Positions 1-14,357 of a DNA stretch of 64,000 nt are shown here, one piece after another. The DNA lies in assembly GCA_048013815.1 (NCBI GenBank), contig CM106586.1, positions 1,364,001 through 1,428,000 of the forward strand. The letters are read 5' to 3'. The notes beneath the pieces are model-generated. The model made no database searches, was not told where the DNA came from, and saw nothing but the letters and a program-made list of their open reading frames with translations. Numbering within the stretch: the stretch's first letter is position 1; every line of letters starts with the position of its first letter. This DNA is from Setoptus koraiensis (lineage: Eukaryota; Animalia; Arthropoda). A program made the translations under genes and the position numbers.

Positions 1-859
1 AGGCCGAGCGAAAAGATTAGAATAGAACAATCAAGCCAGATCTTGTGTCATCAATCAATGGACTCAAGATCTGGCTACAACACTGCACCTGTCTTTACTA
101 TCTGTAGTTATTGTTGATGCCATCAGGGGTTCTAGCTAAATGGTTTATGTTGCTGAGGGTAGGTGCATTTAATATTTAGGATTGATTTTTGACGGAATCA
201 TCGGAGAGTAAATTTGACCTTATCCCAGTTTTTCTCGAGTTCTTCAACTTGAAAGAGGAGAAAGAGTAATAGTAGATGGATTTTCTTGGATTCTGCCCAC
301 CCTCTCTGAAAGTCTCAACAATCAAGCATCGGTTTAATAGTGCTACGTGAAACAAATACAAAATATAAATCTACTGAGGTCTTTGTAGGGTCGCACAAGA
401 AGAGATGACGTTTGGTTGTGATTGTACAATTGTAGTTTGGACAATCATAAAAGACAGAGAGAATTTTTTTTCTTCAAAAAACAATGCCATAATGGTTCAA
501 ATAAAGCGGCTATTAGTAAATGACATTTATAGTAAGGTTTATAAATGAGGGAAAACTAACGAGTAAGGCCAACGAAAACAACAATAACAATAACTATTAC
601 TATGTTCAAGTTATATGAAACTACTGTTCGTCTTAATGATTTGTTAATATTGTGTTTGTTTTTTGTTTCGTTTCGTTTCAATTCGCAGTTGTCAGTTTGA
701 TTTGTTTTGTTTGTTAGGTCGGGTCTCACCGCAACGACTGGCTAGATTGCGACAACCATTACAATCAATTGAACGGTGTCATTGGTTGTTGTTGTTGCTG
801 TCGTTCGGAAGTCACTCTCGACAGCCTATCGATGACACCCTCACAGATGCTGCTGTTAT

Positions 860-1258
<399 letters not shown>

Positions 1259-2277
1259 TTGAATTATCACGCAATTGGCATTGTTTCAACTGTATTAATG
1301 TAATCATAGTGTGAATGCCCGTGAATCACGACTAGCACATCGGCCCGTCATGCTAACCGTTGTGTCTGGCTAGCAATCGATCACAATTACGCGATACAAT
1401 TCAACCATTATATACATAATATATAGTAATGGCTAGACACATTGGCGCATTAAGAGAGTCACACCATAAGAGTCATCGATAAATCTAGTCAGTAGTTGCG
1501 ACTCTTGCTTGCGTTTAGCTTGCTTGTCTCTGTTTATTGACGCACCAGCCTGTTTTGTGAAATTTTTGAAAACTTGTCAGCAGTTCTTCTCTCCATCGCG
1601 TTTAGCTAGCGAGTCAGTCATTTACCTGTAAGTTGTAAGTATTATGTTGTTAGCTGTAACTTGTTGTGTTTGGCTATTGGGTTGTTTCATTGAACGCACA
1701 AATCTATTTGTCTTTTGTGAGCAATTGAGCCAACTATTGAGTCGACTATCGAGCCGACTATTCCAACACGACGACTCCATTCACATGTAATTCACATCTA
1801 ATCAAAAATTAAACTTACATTCACACTGACTCACACTGGACTCGAAACATCTGTTAGAGTGGATTGTTACAGCATTTATGTTTGTTTTATCTGTTGTTTG
1901 TGTTTCGTTTTTCGAATTATTCCATGCATTTGATAGATAGATTATGTGTCGTATCCGACATTTTATCGAAACAAGCCACAAGCGGGTCAAACACACACAC
2001 ATAATAATACATGTATATTATTATCTCATTGTTTAGCGAGCTCATTCATAAGCAAACTCATCAATAACATCATTTACATGTGACTAACCAAACGTATTTA
2101 CTGCTATTATTGTCATCATTATTATCAACTCCGACACAAATATTTCGTTACTCATTGATGAAAATCGGCACTATCACCTCGAATTGTACATCAATTGCAA
2201 TTACAATCGACACAAACTAAATTTTATTATCTACAATGGTGGTCACCAACAATTACGTAGACGTTATACTTTACCAG

Positions 2278-2809
2278 GTGCCTGGACCATCATCTATCAG
2301 GTCACAATTTAGACTATTTAACGATGACCTGCTCAATGGTAGCTACTGCAATTATTTAGAATATCTCAAATTGACGCTAGCCAGACGACGTTCCATTGTT
2401 GAAATACGAGCTTCATATCCTTTGGCTAGCACAAGCGCAAAAAATAACCAAGTAGTGATAAGCGATTATGAAACAATAGACAATACATCAGATTTGCATC
2501 AGTCAGATTTGGATAAAACAAACAGCAAGAGTCGTCATGAAAAATCGCTTGCTCTTGCTGCCAGCGAGAAAAGCCAAAAGAACTCAATGAGAGTACATCT
2601 TTCATTGGCCACCTCATTATTAGATCTAACTTATGATGTCACCGTCCAGGGTTTTGTTAGGAATTCGCTCAATTGGAATTTTAATTCATTTACATTTGAC
2701 GCCATTTGCGGCGGTAGATCCTTAACGGAATTATTAATGCATTTATTCAATTATTATAATCTAATTAAAATATTCAATTTAAACATAATCAACGTGCTCA
2801 AATGTTTTC
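2278..2809 (+). CDS. PDE7: PDE7-like cyclic-nucleotide phosphodiesterase, exon (N-terminal region and start of catalytic domain)
   Basis: Acceptor TACCAG| at 2277 and donor C|GTGAGT at 2810. NWNFNSFTFDAICGGRSLTELLMHLFNYYNLI matches the start of the class I PDE catalytic domain (PDE7 NWNFDIFLFDRLTNGNSLV). Confidence 0.85.
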
Positions 2810-3093
2810 GTGAGTATCCCTTTACAATATACAGTATTGCTGTACATCGGCTTCTGACACGTATCGCCGTATTGATATTGATTGATTGAATTGGAATTGC
2901 AGTACATAACAACTAATGAAATGTTGATGATTCGATCAAATTGTTTGTGCTCAAGCTGGCACTATGAACTCGCATTGAGAACGAATATGTGATTCTGATC
3001 ATCTTATATAAACACTTAAAAATACTCAAAATTTCTCTCTCTCTCTCTCTCTCCCTATTCTCACCAAAAACTTTGTCCGTATTTTATTTGTAG

Positions 3094-3326
3094 GCCTACT
3101 TGAAATCGGCTATCAGGACACAAACCCGTATCATAATTCTATTCATGCGGCCGATGTCACGCAGGCAATGCATTGTTTTATTCAAGAGACCAAAATTAGA
3201 CGTCATCTCACCCATTTAGAGACAATGTGCGCCCTATTGGCTGCCGTCTGTCACGATCTAGATCATCCGGGCGTCAATCAAACCTTTCTCATTGCCACCG
3301 ACAATTACATGGCCAAGCTCTACAAG
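3094..3326 (+). CDS. PDE7: PDE7-like phosphodiesterase, exon with metal-binding motifs (not in the ORF track)
   Basis: My translation is [34 protein letters not shown]...[43 protein letters not shown] and [10 protein letters not shown] are PDE/PDE7 motifs. Phase-correct AG and GTGAGT boundaries. Confidence 0.93.
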
Positions 3327-4253
3327 GTGAGTGTTTGAAAAGGTGCAAAGAAAAAAATGTTTTCTAGGAAATTTCATTCGCTTTTTGGCTATTCAAACGT
3401 TAAGTGATTGAATGCATTGAGCCATTTTTATTTGCATAATTTTAATAATTTGGTAGCATACAGAGTGACGACTAACCTTACACCTTGTACTGAGTGGCGA
3501 CAGAACAAACGCACAAAGCTAGTTGGCCCATGGTGTCCCCGTAGAAATCAGTAGATCGTCAGCGGATCGTCAGCAGATCATCAGTAGTAGTGTAGTGGTA
3601 TCACCACCCAATAGCATCTATCTATTCTTTGTTGGTGCCTTGTCGGATTGCATCATGTTTTTTTTTCTTTTCACTCTTCACTCTTTTATTTTGTTTGTCG
3701 TTCACTACAGATGATTAGTTACGTAAGTGTTGCCATGCCTTGTAACCCTGCCAGTTACGTAACGACTTGCTGTCTATAGTTGGTGTGCTTGTAGTAGTTG
3801 CTTGTGGTAGCAGCGCTAGAAGTAGAAGTGGTAGTGATGTACTTTAGTTGGCAACTCATTTAAGGTTTGCCTCGACGCCACGACTGCATTAAATTTAGAA
3901 TACCGTTCCGCCGCACACTCTCACTCTCTTCATGTGTCGCCCTAGATATATTATCTCTGTTCTTGCTCTTGTATTCTCGGCAGCGTATTACAACGCCAGA
4001 TAAAGGAGCGGACCTCATTTACGGACGAGCGCCCCTGTGAGGCCGTTCAGTGGCTCAGATGAGTGGCGCCGACTCTACCATTGAATGTGTATTATTTGAG
4101 AGTTTGGATCGGCAAGCGGCGCGTATACACAGTTGGATAGCGCATTATGCAATAGTATCATTGAAGTAAATAGAACTGTGCAAACAGAAACACACATAAT
4201 AGAGATTTTTGAATTTTCACATCAACAGATGTATACAAAGATGCTTACATAGG

Positions 4254-4279
4254 GAGAGAGAGAGAGAGAGAGAGAGAGA
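4254..4279. repeat. (GA)n microsatellite
   Basis: Read directly. Confidence 0.9.
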
Positions 4280-7200
4280 TCACTTATCACTTTTGGAATG
4301 AAAAAGTTAGCTCGAGTCGCTCGCTAGCAACACTTTTGAGTTGGCGTATGATGGTGAATATTATCATGCTTCATTTAACTCGCATTATTGTGCGGCGCAT
4401 ACCCCCACGCCGCCTCTACCAGCAGCTATTTCAAATAATAATAATAATAATAATAGTAATAATAGTAATAATAATAATAATAGTTATAACAATGATGATG
4501 ATAATAACGTCCATATGCGCCCTTGCCAGCATTGCGGCAGCCATCGGTGTGATGATAGTGGCGAGGCAACATGATGTTGCCAACATCTGCGATTATTATT
4601 TCTTATTATTATTATTACGTAGCCGATAGTCGCGAGCTGCAGATTGTCGTCGTCGTGATTATTGTTGGCTGGCTTGCTAGTGGTGTGTTTGTATCAAGTC
4701 GCTAGCGACGCCGGGCCGAGGCCGCGGCGACGACAACAACAACTAATTTCTTTTCGCCTCGACAGAGAGTTTTTCGACACGCCATATAGACAGTCTATAG
4801 TATAGACAACAACTGGCGTTTAAATGCATCTGGGCTGGCTCATGTCCCTTGTGAATCTCACTGTCTTGGTACATGCTATTTGTGTTCGTTTGCAGATTAC
4901 GATTTGCGAGTGAACTGCTGGTGACTGTCACATAACAGCATGCAACATTTAAAGAAAAGATATAGTCTCTTGGTGATGGAATTATTAATAGTATTATTAA
5001 TATACGAATGCGAGTTGTATGCAGAATTAATGTTCAATGAGTCGCTGCATTTGTTATATGTAGCGTTGACATCAAATACTTCGGTTGGATCATATCCTGT
5101 CGGGCACTCTGACAGGCTCAGTTACAACAGCGACAACAACAACAACAACAACAATAAGATGTATTATATCTGTCCATATCTTTTGTTTCTCTATTTGTTT
5201 GCTTTGTGCATTATGTAGTGTATTTGTGGTTTGGCGTGTGTTGCTCCACCAGACAATCGGCTCTTAATGAGTTTATTTGAATGACGCAATAGTGTTGAGC
5301 ACACAGTAGCGGGCACGTCAAACAGTTGTTGAATACGTGAAAAACGTTCATTCGGATTGTGTAAACCGATAACTACACAATTCACAAGCGTGCACACATT
5401 TGTATACACAGTTTATCGCTTAACGGTAAAAATAAACTGTCTATGGAGTTGATATTTCATGATGTAACGCGTATTCATATTTACATATCCAATCGATCTG
5501 GATATCCTGTTGGAGGCCATTGAATCATGGCCTGGCTAAGGTGCGCATCATTACTGTATTCTTCGCTGCCAGAACTAGCTTATCATTCACCTGGCTAGAT
5601 GGCCTGTGATGGCTGGATATCTATTGATAGTTTGCGAACAGGTCGCGCCTGACACCTCAGCACTGGCATCGAATGACACTATCATCATAAAGCACAATAT
5701 CTCGTCTATATTGGTGGCAAGCGGCAATAGGAGACAGAGAATGCAACCTGAACAAAATAAAACGTAACGCCAAAGTGGTAGACAGAGAAAAAAGAAACGA
5801 AACGACGATACATCCAACTGAATAATGAGCCCAACGGAAGCACCACCAGCTACCGCTATCTGCCCACAAAACGCTTGCCACAATGGTGTCGCTTACTGAC
5901 GCTTACTGTCGCTTAGTATTTCCTGGGCCAGGTGAAAGAATAGTCTCTAGATAGTGCCATTCCATATATAAGCTGCTATAATGGTGCCAGTTGTTTCCAT
6001 TGTGTGTGTCTCATTTCTTTGCCACACTCTCGAGGGCTTGCCTCTATTCCAGCCTATTCGTCCTCCCCCCCTCCCTGATCCAATTCTATTATGCCACTTT
6101 GTCGCGTTGCAATGTTACCCCATCCCACCCGACATAAACCCTCGATGCCATGGGTCTCTCAATTGATGTGAACACAGCGCAAATTTTTGCCACTAAATCA
6201 CTATATTTATCTCTCTTTGTTTGCCCACTGACAAAATTTACACACTCTGTCCCAACGCACTTTTGTCGAGTGCTGCTTGTTAAATCGTACGGGCCTCAAA
6301 TGCTCGCTACTATTACTATAAATATAAATTCTCGCCATTTATTTTGTGTCTTGCCTATTATTAAATGTTGATAGATCGCAATACGGTGAGATACGGCAAC
6401 AAATAGAGACATAGAGCCGCCACCAACCAAAATGACCAAAACAATAATCGTCGTCCATTTGCTAGTAGTAGCAGTGCTCTATTATCGGTGGACTCCATTG
6501 GTCAATTGTGTGCCTGTATGAACGCGCCCATTGATCGGCCTTTGTTGGCCAGGTTTGCCAATACAACAATAATACTGGAAACATCACAATTTTCGGTAAT
6601 TTGAATCCTTACAAAAGGCGAGCCAGCGATATAAAATGAGGGCGCATAATCATTGTTTTTATATTGTTTGTGTACCTCTTAAGTGGTAGAGTCTCTATTG
6701 AGATTGTTGTCGCATTTATGACAGCCAATTGTTTCTCTATATTCGGACCAAACAAACACAACTGTCTTGTTGTGTTTGAACTTCGCCAGCCTCCACAATC
6801 CCATTGCCGGCCAGTGAAGTTGGTTGGTATTGGCACGAGTCGTCACACTAGCGATGTTTACTTACTACGCTTAATGTACGACCGAACTAATATTTGGGCT
6901 CGAAATTGAGGCCCCTCACAACTTGAGGCTCTTGATCGCCCACTATCCGCGCTCAATATGATTTTTTCCTCTTGACCATGCCTCATATCCTTATGCCTCA
7001 CATCAGCCATAAGTTGGTGTATGTTATAACGTGGTATCCTTATTTTTGTTGTGTGTTTGTATGTTGTAAGACACGAGAGAAAGTTGTGCCCGATATTGTT
7101 GACAAATCCAATATCGCCACGTTGGTCGTTGCACCCGTGCTGCCCTTTACGATGTGCCAACACTGAATTTATTTTTCCTGACAGCGGCCACCCTAAGCTC

Positions 7201-10044
7201 CGTCGGCTATTTATATCGTCTGACCGTCTGTTCGCTCAATGCCCCACCACCGTAACAACACCAGAGCGAGGCCCTCGTTCGCTTTGGGTCGTTTGAGAAA
7301 TTCTGTTCGCCCAGACACACACACACACAACAAAATTTCCATAGAAAGAGCGTTGTAGGAGAATTGCCGATCGAGGAGACGAAACGATGCAAACGAAATG
7401 GCGCAAAATGGCTAAATCGACTATATGAACGCAGCATGAATTTTAAATGTTGTTCGTTGGCGGGATGGCCACGAGTGAGGGCCAACGTTATATTCGTGTA
7501 TTGGTTGGTGGTGGCACACATGTGGCGAGGGCGTTGTGCTGTAGCGAAATAAGCGAAGAATAGATTGTGTGTACGATTCGATTGAGAGAGAACAACAAAC
7601 ATATCGTGTTTTTCTCATCGTTGTTGTTTTAGAGTCGCTGGCAATGTTTAATCTCGCCCGAGCTTTTGGCCCGCTCAGAATATCCGATTTACGATCAATG
7701 TGATGCACACAAAAAAAAAGAACAATAACAAAAAGAAAGAAAACACGATGGCATAATGTTGTTCAACAATGACAAAACAACCAAGGGAAATATATTCACT
7801 TGGGCCCTTCTCTCTCTAGATCGCGCCTTCTCTCCCTCTCGATTTGCTGACTGGCCACTATTCATTCATCGGCTGACCGTGTCTAACCGGGGCCACGCGA
7901 GTTCACATAAAATGGCGCCATTCTGACACACATGTGACACACAGAGAAAATAGTTTTTAGCTGGTATCACTGCTGATGCACCAACGTTTAGGTCAGTACA
8001 GTAATAAGTGAGTGCAGTTAGTCGGGGGCCCCAATGCTGATCATGGGCTGCCATTGGGGGCAATTGTTTGAGCTTGGTCCATTAATTTCCATTGTGATAC
8101 TTCTTCATGTCAGATCATCTCTTTCTCTATGATCAAACAATGATGATTCAGCTCGCTGACACTTGCTCGAAGCACATAGAGAAGCTCAGCAGCGTCAAAT
8201 TGTGACGATTTGGTATAAATAGCGCGCTATAAATATGTTGAAAATCGAGAAAGATATCATGTTGTGTTTGTTTAAAGCGGAAATTGATCCATAAATCAAT
8301 AAAAAGAACACAAACAAATATAGCTAGCGCATAGACAGCAACATGATGCACAGCAATGTGTTTTGTTACCGAATGCAGCTCTGGGCCAGAACGCTTATTA
8401 TCCAATAAAACACATAGCATTTCATGTGACCCATTAATGGTTGCCTATCCTTTTCGGATAAATCTCTGATTCTACACAACCTGAACAACTGATTTATACT
8501 GCCGCCTGTTCGCTGCTACGCTAAGCATTTTTGAGGCATTTCTACATTTGCCCTTTACATATATGAACGTATAGAGAGCGAGATCAAACTAGTACCATAT
8601 ATACATAGAGCCAGTTGGTCAGTGTGTCAATCAGCAGTTTGCAGCAAAATAGACTATTTTCACCCTTACTCATATAACTGGCTTAGTGTTTGTTGTGTGG
8701 GCACACAGGAACGAATCAGTGAAGCGATTCACAACAATCGCCGCTTATATAATGGCGGCACCAATTTTTCAGGCATCGAATTCGTGAGGCGTTTGGCGCC
8801 ACCAACGACGATTGATGTGAATCGAGCGAAGGCTATTGAAAGCGGAGACTGACTTGAGCAAAAAGCCAACAGAAAATCTTGTTTCGTAAATTGATCTCAT
8901 CTGATGACGCTGGCTCTGGGAAGCACAAACACCGACAGCGACAGCAACAACACCAACGGCAACAACAACAGCAACAACAACAGCAACAACAACATCAACA
9001 GAAGTTGTGTGTTTGTATTGAACGATTGTGCTTCGATTATACAAATAAATCTTATTGTTCCAGCCTTCTCACTCTATATTGGCCAGGCGCCATGGAAGAA
9101 TAGAAACATGAGTAACACGAGGAAATATGAGAATGGGTCCACTGGGCCCGCTGGCCGGCTGGCTGGCTGGTCGGTTGGCTGACTGGATGGCTGAATGGCC
9201 GACTGGCCAGAGCGTAACGAGATAGAGATTACCGCGTGTCTATAGACGGCACAGTTTTTGCTAATGTGGGCCCAATAGACGAAATGCGTTTTGCACAACG
9301 TTTTGGCAAACATTGGGCGCGTGTTAATTAGAAATTGTTGGGCTGTTGCATTAGTTTGTGGGCACGCTAGCAGGTGCCGGTGAAGGCACTGAATATGACA
9401 ATGGTATGTGTACAGTTGCAATATATTGCCGAGGGTGCCTGGCAAGGTAAATTGGCTATTATACCTTATTGGTATATAGGAATGTAGTATTCAGTGGGTC
9501 CATACGACACTGCGCCGGGCTCGATTGGGGCCCAGATTTTTGTGCCCCCTTGGCGTGAACTGTGTTAATCTGTGTTGCTTGTTAGTGAGCGAGACTGGAG
9601 CTGGCAACATCTTGCTGGCGACATTTAAAGTAAGACATCTTGTTCGCTTGTCTGGACTCGCAAGATAATACGTGTAGCAGCGTGTGTTTGGTTTGTATGT
9701 GTGAGTGAGGCGAGAGATAATGAGATGGCTGTCGGTGAACATGTTTATAGCCTATTATTGTCAACTTATCTGCTCGAGAGTTTGCTGCTGTTGCGCAACA
9801 CAACACACAGTTGGACAGATATTTTATTCAGGCTGGCAATTGGGCGCGTGTGTGCTGGCTCACATCGGGCGCCCCATTCGACAGCGCCCAGTGACAACGC
9901 ACAGCCAGACACTGTTGTCTTTTTGAGGCCCCGCTTATGAGAACATTGTCAGCTTGCCTTATTATATTATTATATTATTATATTGTGATGGTAGGTGAGA
10001 GTAAATATTCTCCTTGTCGTGAGTTTGTTGGCCTTTGCATGGGC

Positions 10045-10050
<6 letters not shown>

Positions 10051-10076
<26 letters not shown>
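10051..10076. repeat. (AC)n microsatellite
   Basis: Read directly. Confidence 0.9.
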
Positions 10077-13000
10077 TAGCCGTTTATGAACGTACAAGAT
10101 AATATGGTCATAAAGTAGCGCCACCAGAATGGATTACACGCGCTCAAGTTTGAAGCTCAAGCAGCTTTAAGAGGCCCGCTTGTTGTGCGCTTGTTGGCCT
10201 GCTGCTGGTCGGCTCACTGCTGGTCGGCTCACTGCATGTTGGCCCACTCTACAGGGGGCGCCTACATGCCAGAAATGGGGGGCCCCTACCTACTTTTGGG
10301 CACTCACTTTTGGATAGCCCTGGCGGTGCGAACGCAAATGGTAGCTGTGGCTTAAATAGGGTATTGTTGTTATAAGTAAAGCAGTTGTTATTTGCCGGCT
10401 TGCACTATCATCGAGCGACTGGTTGTTGTAATCAGCGTTGCCTTACTATTGCTTTGGCACCTCTATCACTACTTGTATACTACACAACTACTGTAGTATG
10501 ACTTTGCTGCTGCACATATGTATACAGCCCAATATTGGTGCTGTTGCTGGTGCGAGGGGGCGCACAATGACAAGTTAATCCTATGGAACTCATCAACGTC
10601 ACTTGCATCTTCACTTTTCATTTTTGCCAACCATTCACTCACAGCGCCCCAATCCGGCAAGCCAGCAATCGGGCGCCTCAGCTGACAGCAAACAGTGGGC
10701 CAGAATCAGCGGGCCAGCTGACAGGCAACGGCGGCGACAAACCAGCGAGCCGGTTAGCGAGGTTTGGCGTGCGCACTCGCGCACAACCTTGCTAACCAGC
10801 TTACAAGGCAACAGCCAACTATTTTAGAGGCGCCTTTTTTGTCAGTTGGCTTGTCGTTCGGTTGCTTTATCCACTGCAAACTAGCCAGAGGGTGGCGAGA
10901 AGAGCCGCCTGCTTGCGCCTGCTAAGCTCACTCGGTCTTTTATAGGGAGCCGGGCGAGTGCGAACTGTTATAACGAGCCAGGCTGCGTTCGCCGTGCACT
11001 CGTTATAACTGTGATCGGTCCTCTCAACTTATTGCCGTACGAGCCCCTTCTGGTTTTATATCTGGCGCTAGTTGGGGTGCCAGTGCTGGTGTTGGTGCTA
11101 CTAGTGTTACATCATCATCTTTTTTTAAGCATATACAAATACAAGACGCCAAATTGTGTGTATGCCAGCGCACAAATAACAGCTCACAGGGCCAAATGCA
11201 GCGCATGTGGGCGCACACTGTTCCCCGGCTAGCCTAGTGTGCGGCCCCTGCCGCTACTGCTGGGCTCTCATTGGTCGCGCAAGGGCCCCAGTGTCTTTGG
11301 CGACAGTGATGGCAGTGTCCTCATGACGCCACCATCACTGGCATTGCTATTTGTATTGCTTGCCGAGTTAGCTCATATGGTAATCGTATATTTGTCTCTG
11401 GTGCTGCCGCTTCTTTGCAAGTGTCGGCGTAGCAGTTTTATCGTCTTTTATTTGACAATAGACGGACAATGCGCGCAATACGCAAACGATAGACAGAAAG
11501 ATAAATATATTGATAATAATCGTGGTATTACGTTTCCATCTATGAAAGTTAAGAATTGAAGACGAACGAGCTCCGCTTATCGTGCTCGCATGCCTCTGAC
11601 TATCTAGCAATGGGACTTTCGACCATTTGAGTGGCGTTGCCAGTATACAGAGTATTGAAAGGCAATAATAAAAGCAAAAGCTCAAATGGCTCAATGAAAA
11701 AGAGGTCGGCAGCGGGGCGCGACTCAATGCCATGACACACACACACGCACACACAATCCGTCGTATCAACATCTCCATCGAATTGAGGTCTCTGTTGCTT
11801 CGCGTAAATGTTTTCCTCGTCTTGGTGTGTGCGAGTGTGTCAGTGCTTCACACATGAAGGAAAGTCTTGTTTGCAATTTGTAGATTTCTGGCGTTCCCGT
11901 TACTCACGACACCAAACTGTGCCTGATGACAGTTAGTTGGTGCTGGTATGAATTGCAGCTCACGATGTCATTTTAATGGCTATGGAATAAATCAGATGGC
12001 AAAGAATCACAAGATTGTCGCGCTATACAGAGCATCAATCTTTGTGAAAAACTTTTGTTTTCTACTGCCTTCACTCATTCTCTGTTTCTCGCCTCGTCTC
12101 GTCTCGTTTCTTAGTTCTCACATGGACGCCGATTAAAGTGTGAGTTGAACCTTCAAGTTGAAGTTTTAGTTAAAGCTTCAACTTTCGTTCCGAGGCCCGT
12201 CCATCTTAAACTCGACATTACTTCTCACTACTCCTACCAACCATGCCAACATCAATGGAAAAGAACAGCTGGCTTAGCTCGCTCTAATTGATCATTTGTT
12301 TCAATGTGACACTAGCGGGTTCCTCAATACACACACGAGTGCTCAATACTACATGTATATGGTCACTAGCTTGTATCACAAACTGTCTTTAGTCTTTCTA
12401 CTCGGCTTATCTTATAACGCACCTACACTGTGTGTAGGTTGCCATGATTTCATGGGGTTATTGACACAATCGGCCTCACACCAATCAAGCCGATTAGTGC
12501 TGCCAATTAAAATACATTTTCCCTTCAAGCAGAAGACATTTCTTGTCGGGCACCTCATTTTTTTCGGTCCATCGCACCGGTTGTGGACGATTCACTGACA
12601 ATCGATAGTCTGATAAGACACAATTGTGCGACCTGATCACGACTGAACAGTTATGGTCCCAGTCTTTACATCATTATCAAGTTAGTTCAGTGGAACCTCG
12701 ATCGACGTCTCTTTGAGATACCAAATGGGTATTGTTCAGCTAGTCGACTAGTTCCACTAGAACCAAAACATGTATTAACTGATTCTGCACGAGTTATTAT
12801 CAGCGCAGTGGGAATTTCTGAAACTCTCTGACGTAGTGCTTCGGCGGTGCTTGTTTCGTCACGGTCAAATCGTTTATCGCAACGTTCAACGAGGAGGCCA
12901 GCGGCGCATTCAGGGTGCATCAAATGGTGAATTTGTAATGCAAATTCGCCAATCAGTTGTATTAGCATCTATTGGCATTCGAAGTTATAAACGAAATTTT

Positions 13001-14208
13001 TAATCAAGGGCATATCACCCTTATTGGATATTCCGGTCTAATCATAATATCGAATAATATATGAAAATAAGAACCGACTGATTGATCGAACATTAGATTG
13101 AGGTCGTTCGGCTTATTTTCCATTGGATTTTGCGCGCCATCAGAGCGTCAATCAACGGAAAACATCGTCGCGATGCTCCTGTTCCAGGCTCACCATAAAT
13201 CCTATAAAGTTGAAAGAACAAAATCGACATACCGTCTATGATGTTTCTCTCGGGCAGTCGTTCGTTTTTAAAATCTCTCAATTCTTAGCCTAACGGGAAG
13301 ATAGGGCAAATCGGTCACTAAAATCCACCAAAATTAGTTTTTAAGGGAGAAAGTATAGCACTTTCTTGGTTTTTTCGGTTTTTCGGGGTCTCGATACTTT
13401 TGAAACATCATATACAGCGGATACAAGCTGCTTCAAGAATCGATGGTTTTGTAGCGTTTCCCGACAGAGAGCAAAATATCAGCGCGACTTAGGCTGACCG
13501 AAGTCAACAAATATCACAAGTGATCAAGTTTCCAGCAACCGGCTCTCGGATACCTCAACAGGGCAGTTTTTTTTATAATTTGGGCTACCACCCGTTTTTC
13601 GGTCCTCATGTGCAGGTTGGTGAAAATCGGTGATTATGAGGAAAAGAGGTTGAATTTCGGTTTTTCGCCGACTAAAAATACGTCTCAAAATCGTCGTACT
13701 GATAATGACTCGCCAGAGAATTTTCAGGGTTGTGCCATGCACAGGAATAATTCGGTTCGGGACCGATTTGTCTCAAACTCTGTTTCTTTAGATAATCGCT
13801 CGGCATCCGGCTTCAAGTTTTTCGCTCTAGTTCAGCACAGCCACTGTTTACATAGACTCGGGTTTTCTATTCGGGAGACTGACCACTATAGCTCCACATA
13901 ACACGAGCAGCAGGATCGACGAACAGTAGACTGTTCTTGCACTTTATTCCTCTGTCTGGAATTCTTTATAATTTTAAAACTCACATTATTTTAAAATTAT
14001 AAAATTCTCATTAGTTTACAATCTAAACACAGTTGAAAATTCGAAAGGACAGGCTCAAGTGACGTAAACTTGAATAACGTCACTCGACAATTGTCAAGTC
14101 GATGACAAACGCCAACTCACTCTGACATCATCTAATGTCTAATGATCATAGTCTTTATGAACTCTCCAGTGTACCGAGAACAAGAATACGCTAGTCTCGT
14201 TCTCAACT

Positions 14209-14357
14209 TCGGCCAAAAAAATTCTAGATTTTTCTTCGTATTTTCTGAATTTGGACCCACCCTCTGGATCCACAATTGTCCCTCAAGCATCTACGGATGA
14301 TGGGGTGGAAAAAAAATTTCAGAAAATATCAGGACTAATAATGAAAATTTTGGCTGA
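14209..14357. mobile_element. Imperfect foldback, possibly a MITE or DNA-transposon remnant
   Basis: Nested inverted pairs: tcggccaaaaaaattc / gaaaattttggctga, tattttctgaattt / aaatttcagaaaata, cccaccc / ggggtgg. No target-site duplication or transposase identified. Confidence 0.3.

Noticed and set aside
11607-11628. TGGGACTTTCG core resembling miR-278
   Set aside because: The seed differs and there is no complementary arm.
13093-13281. YGEPGTGAS as a possible P-loop of a viral or Helitron helicase
   Set aside because: Lacks the GK[ST] lysine, the ORF is short, and there are no supporting motifs.
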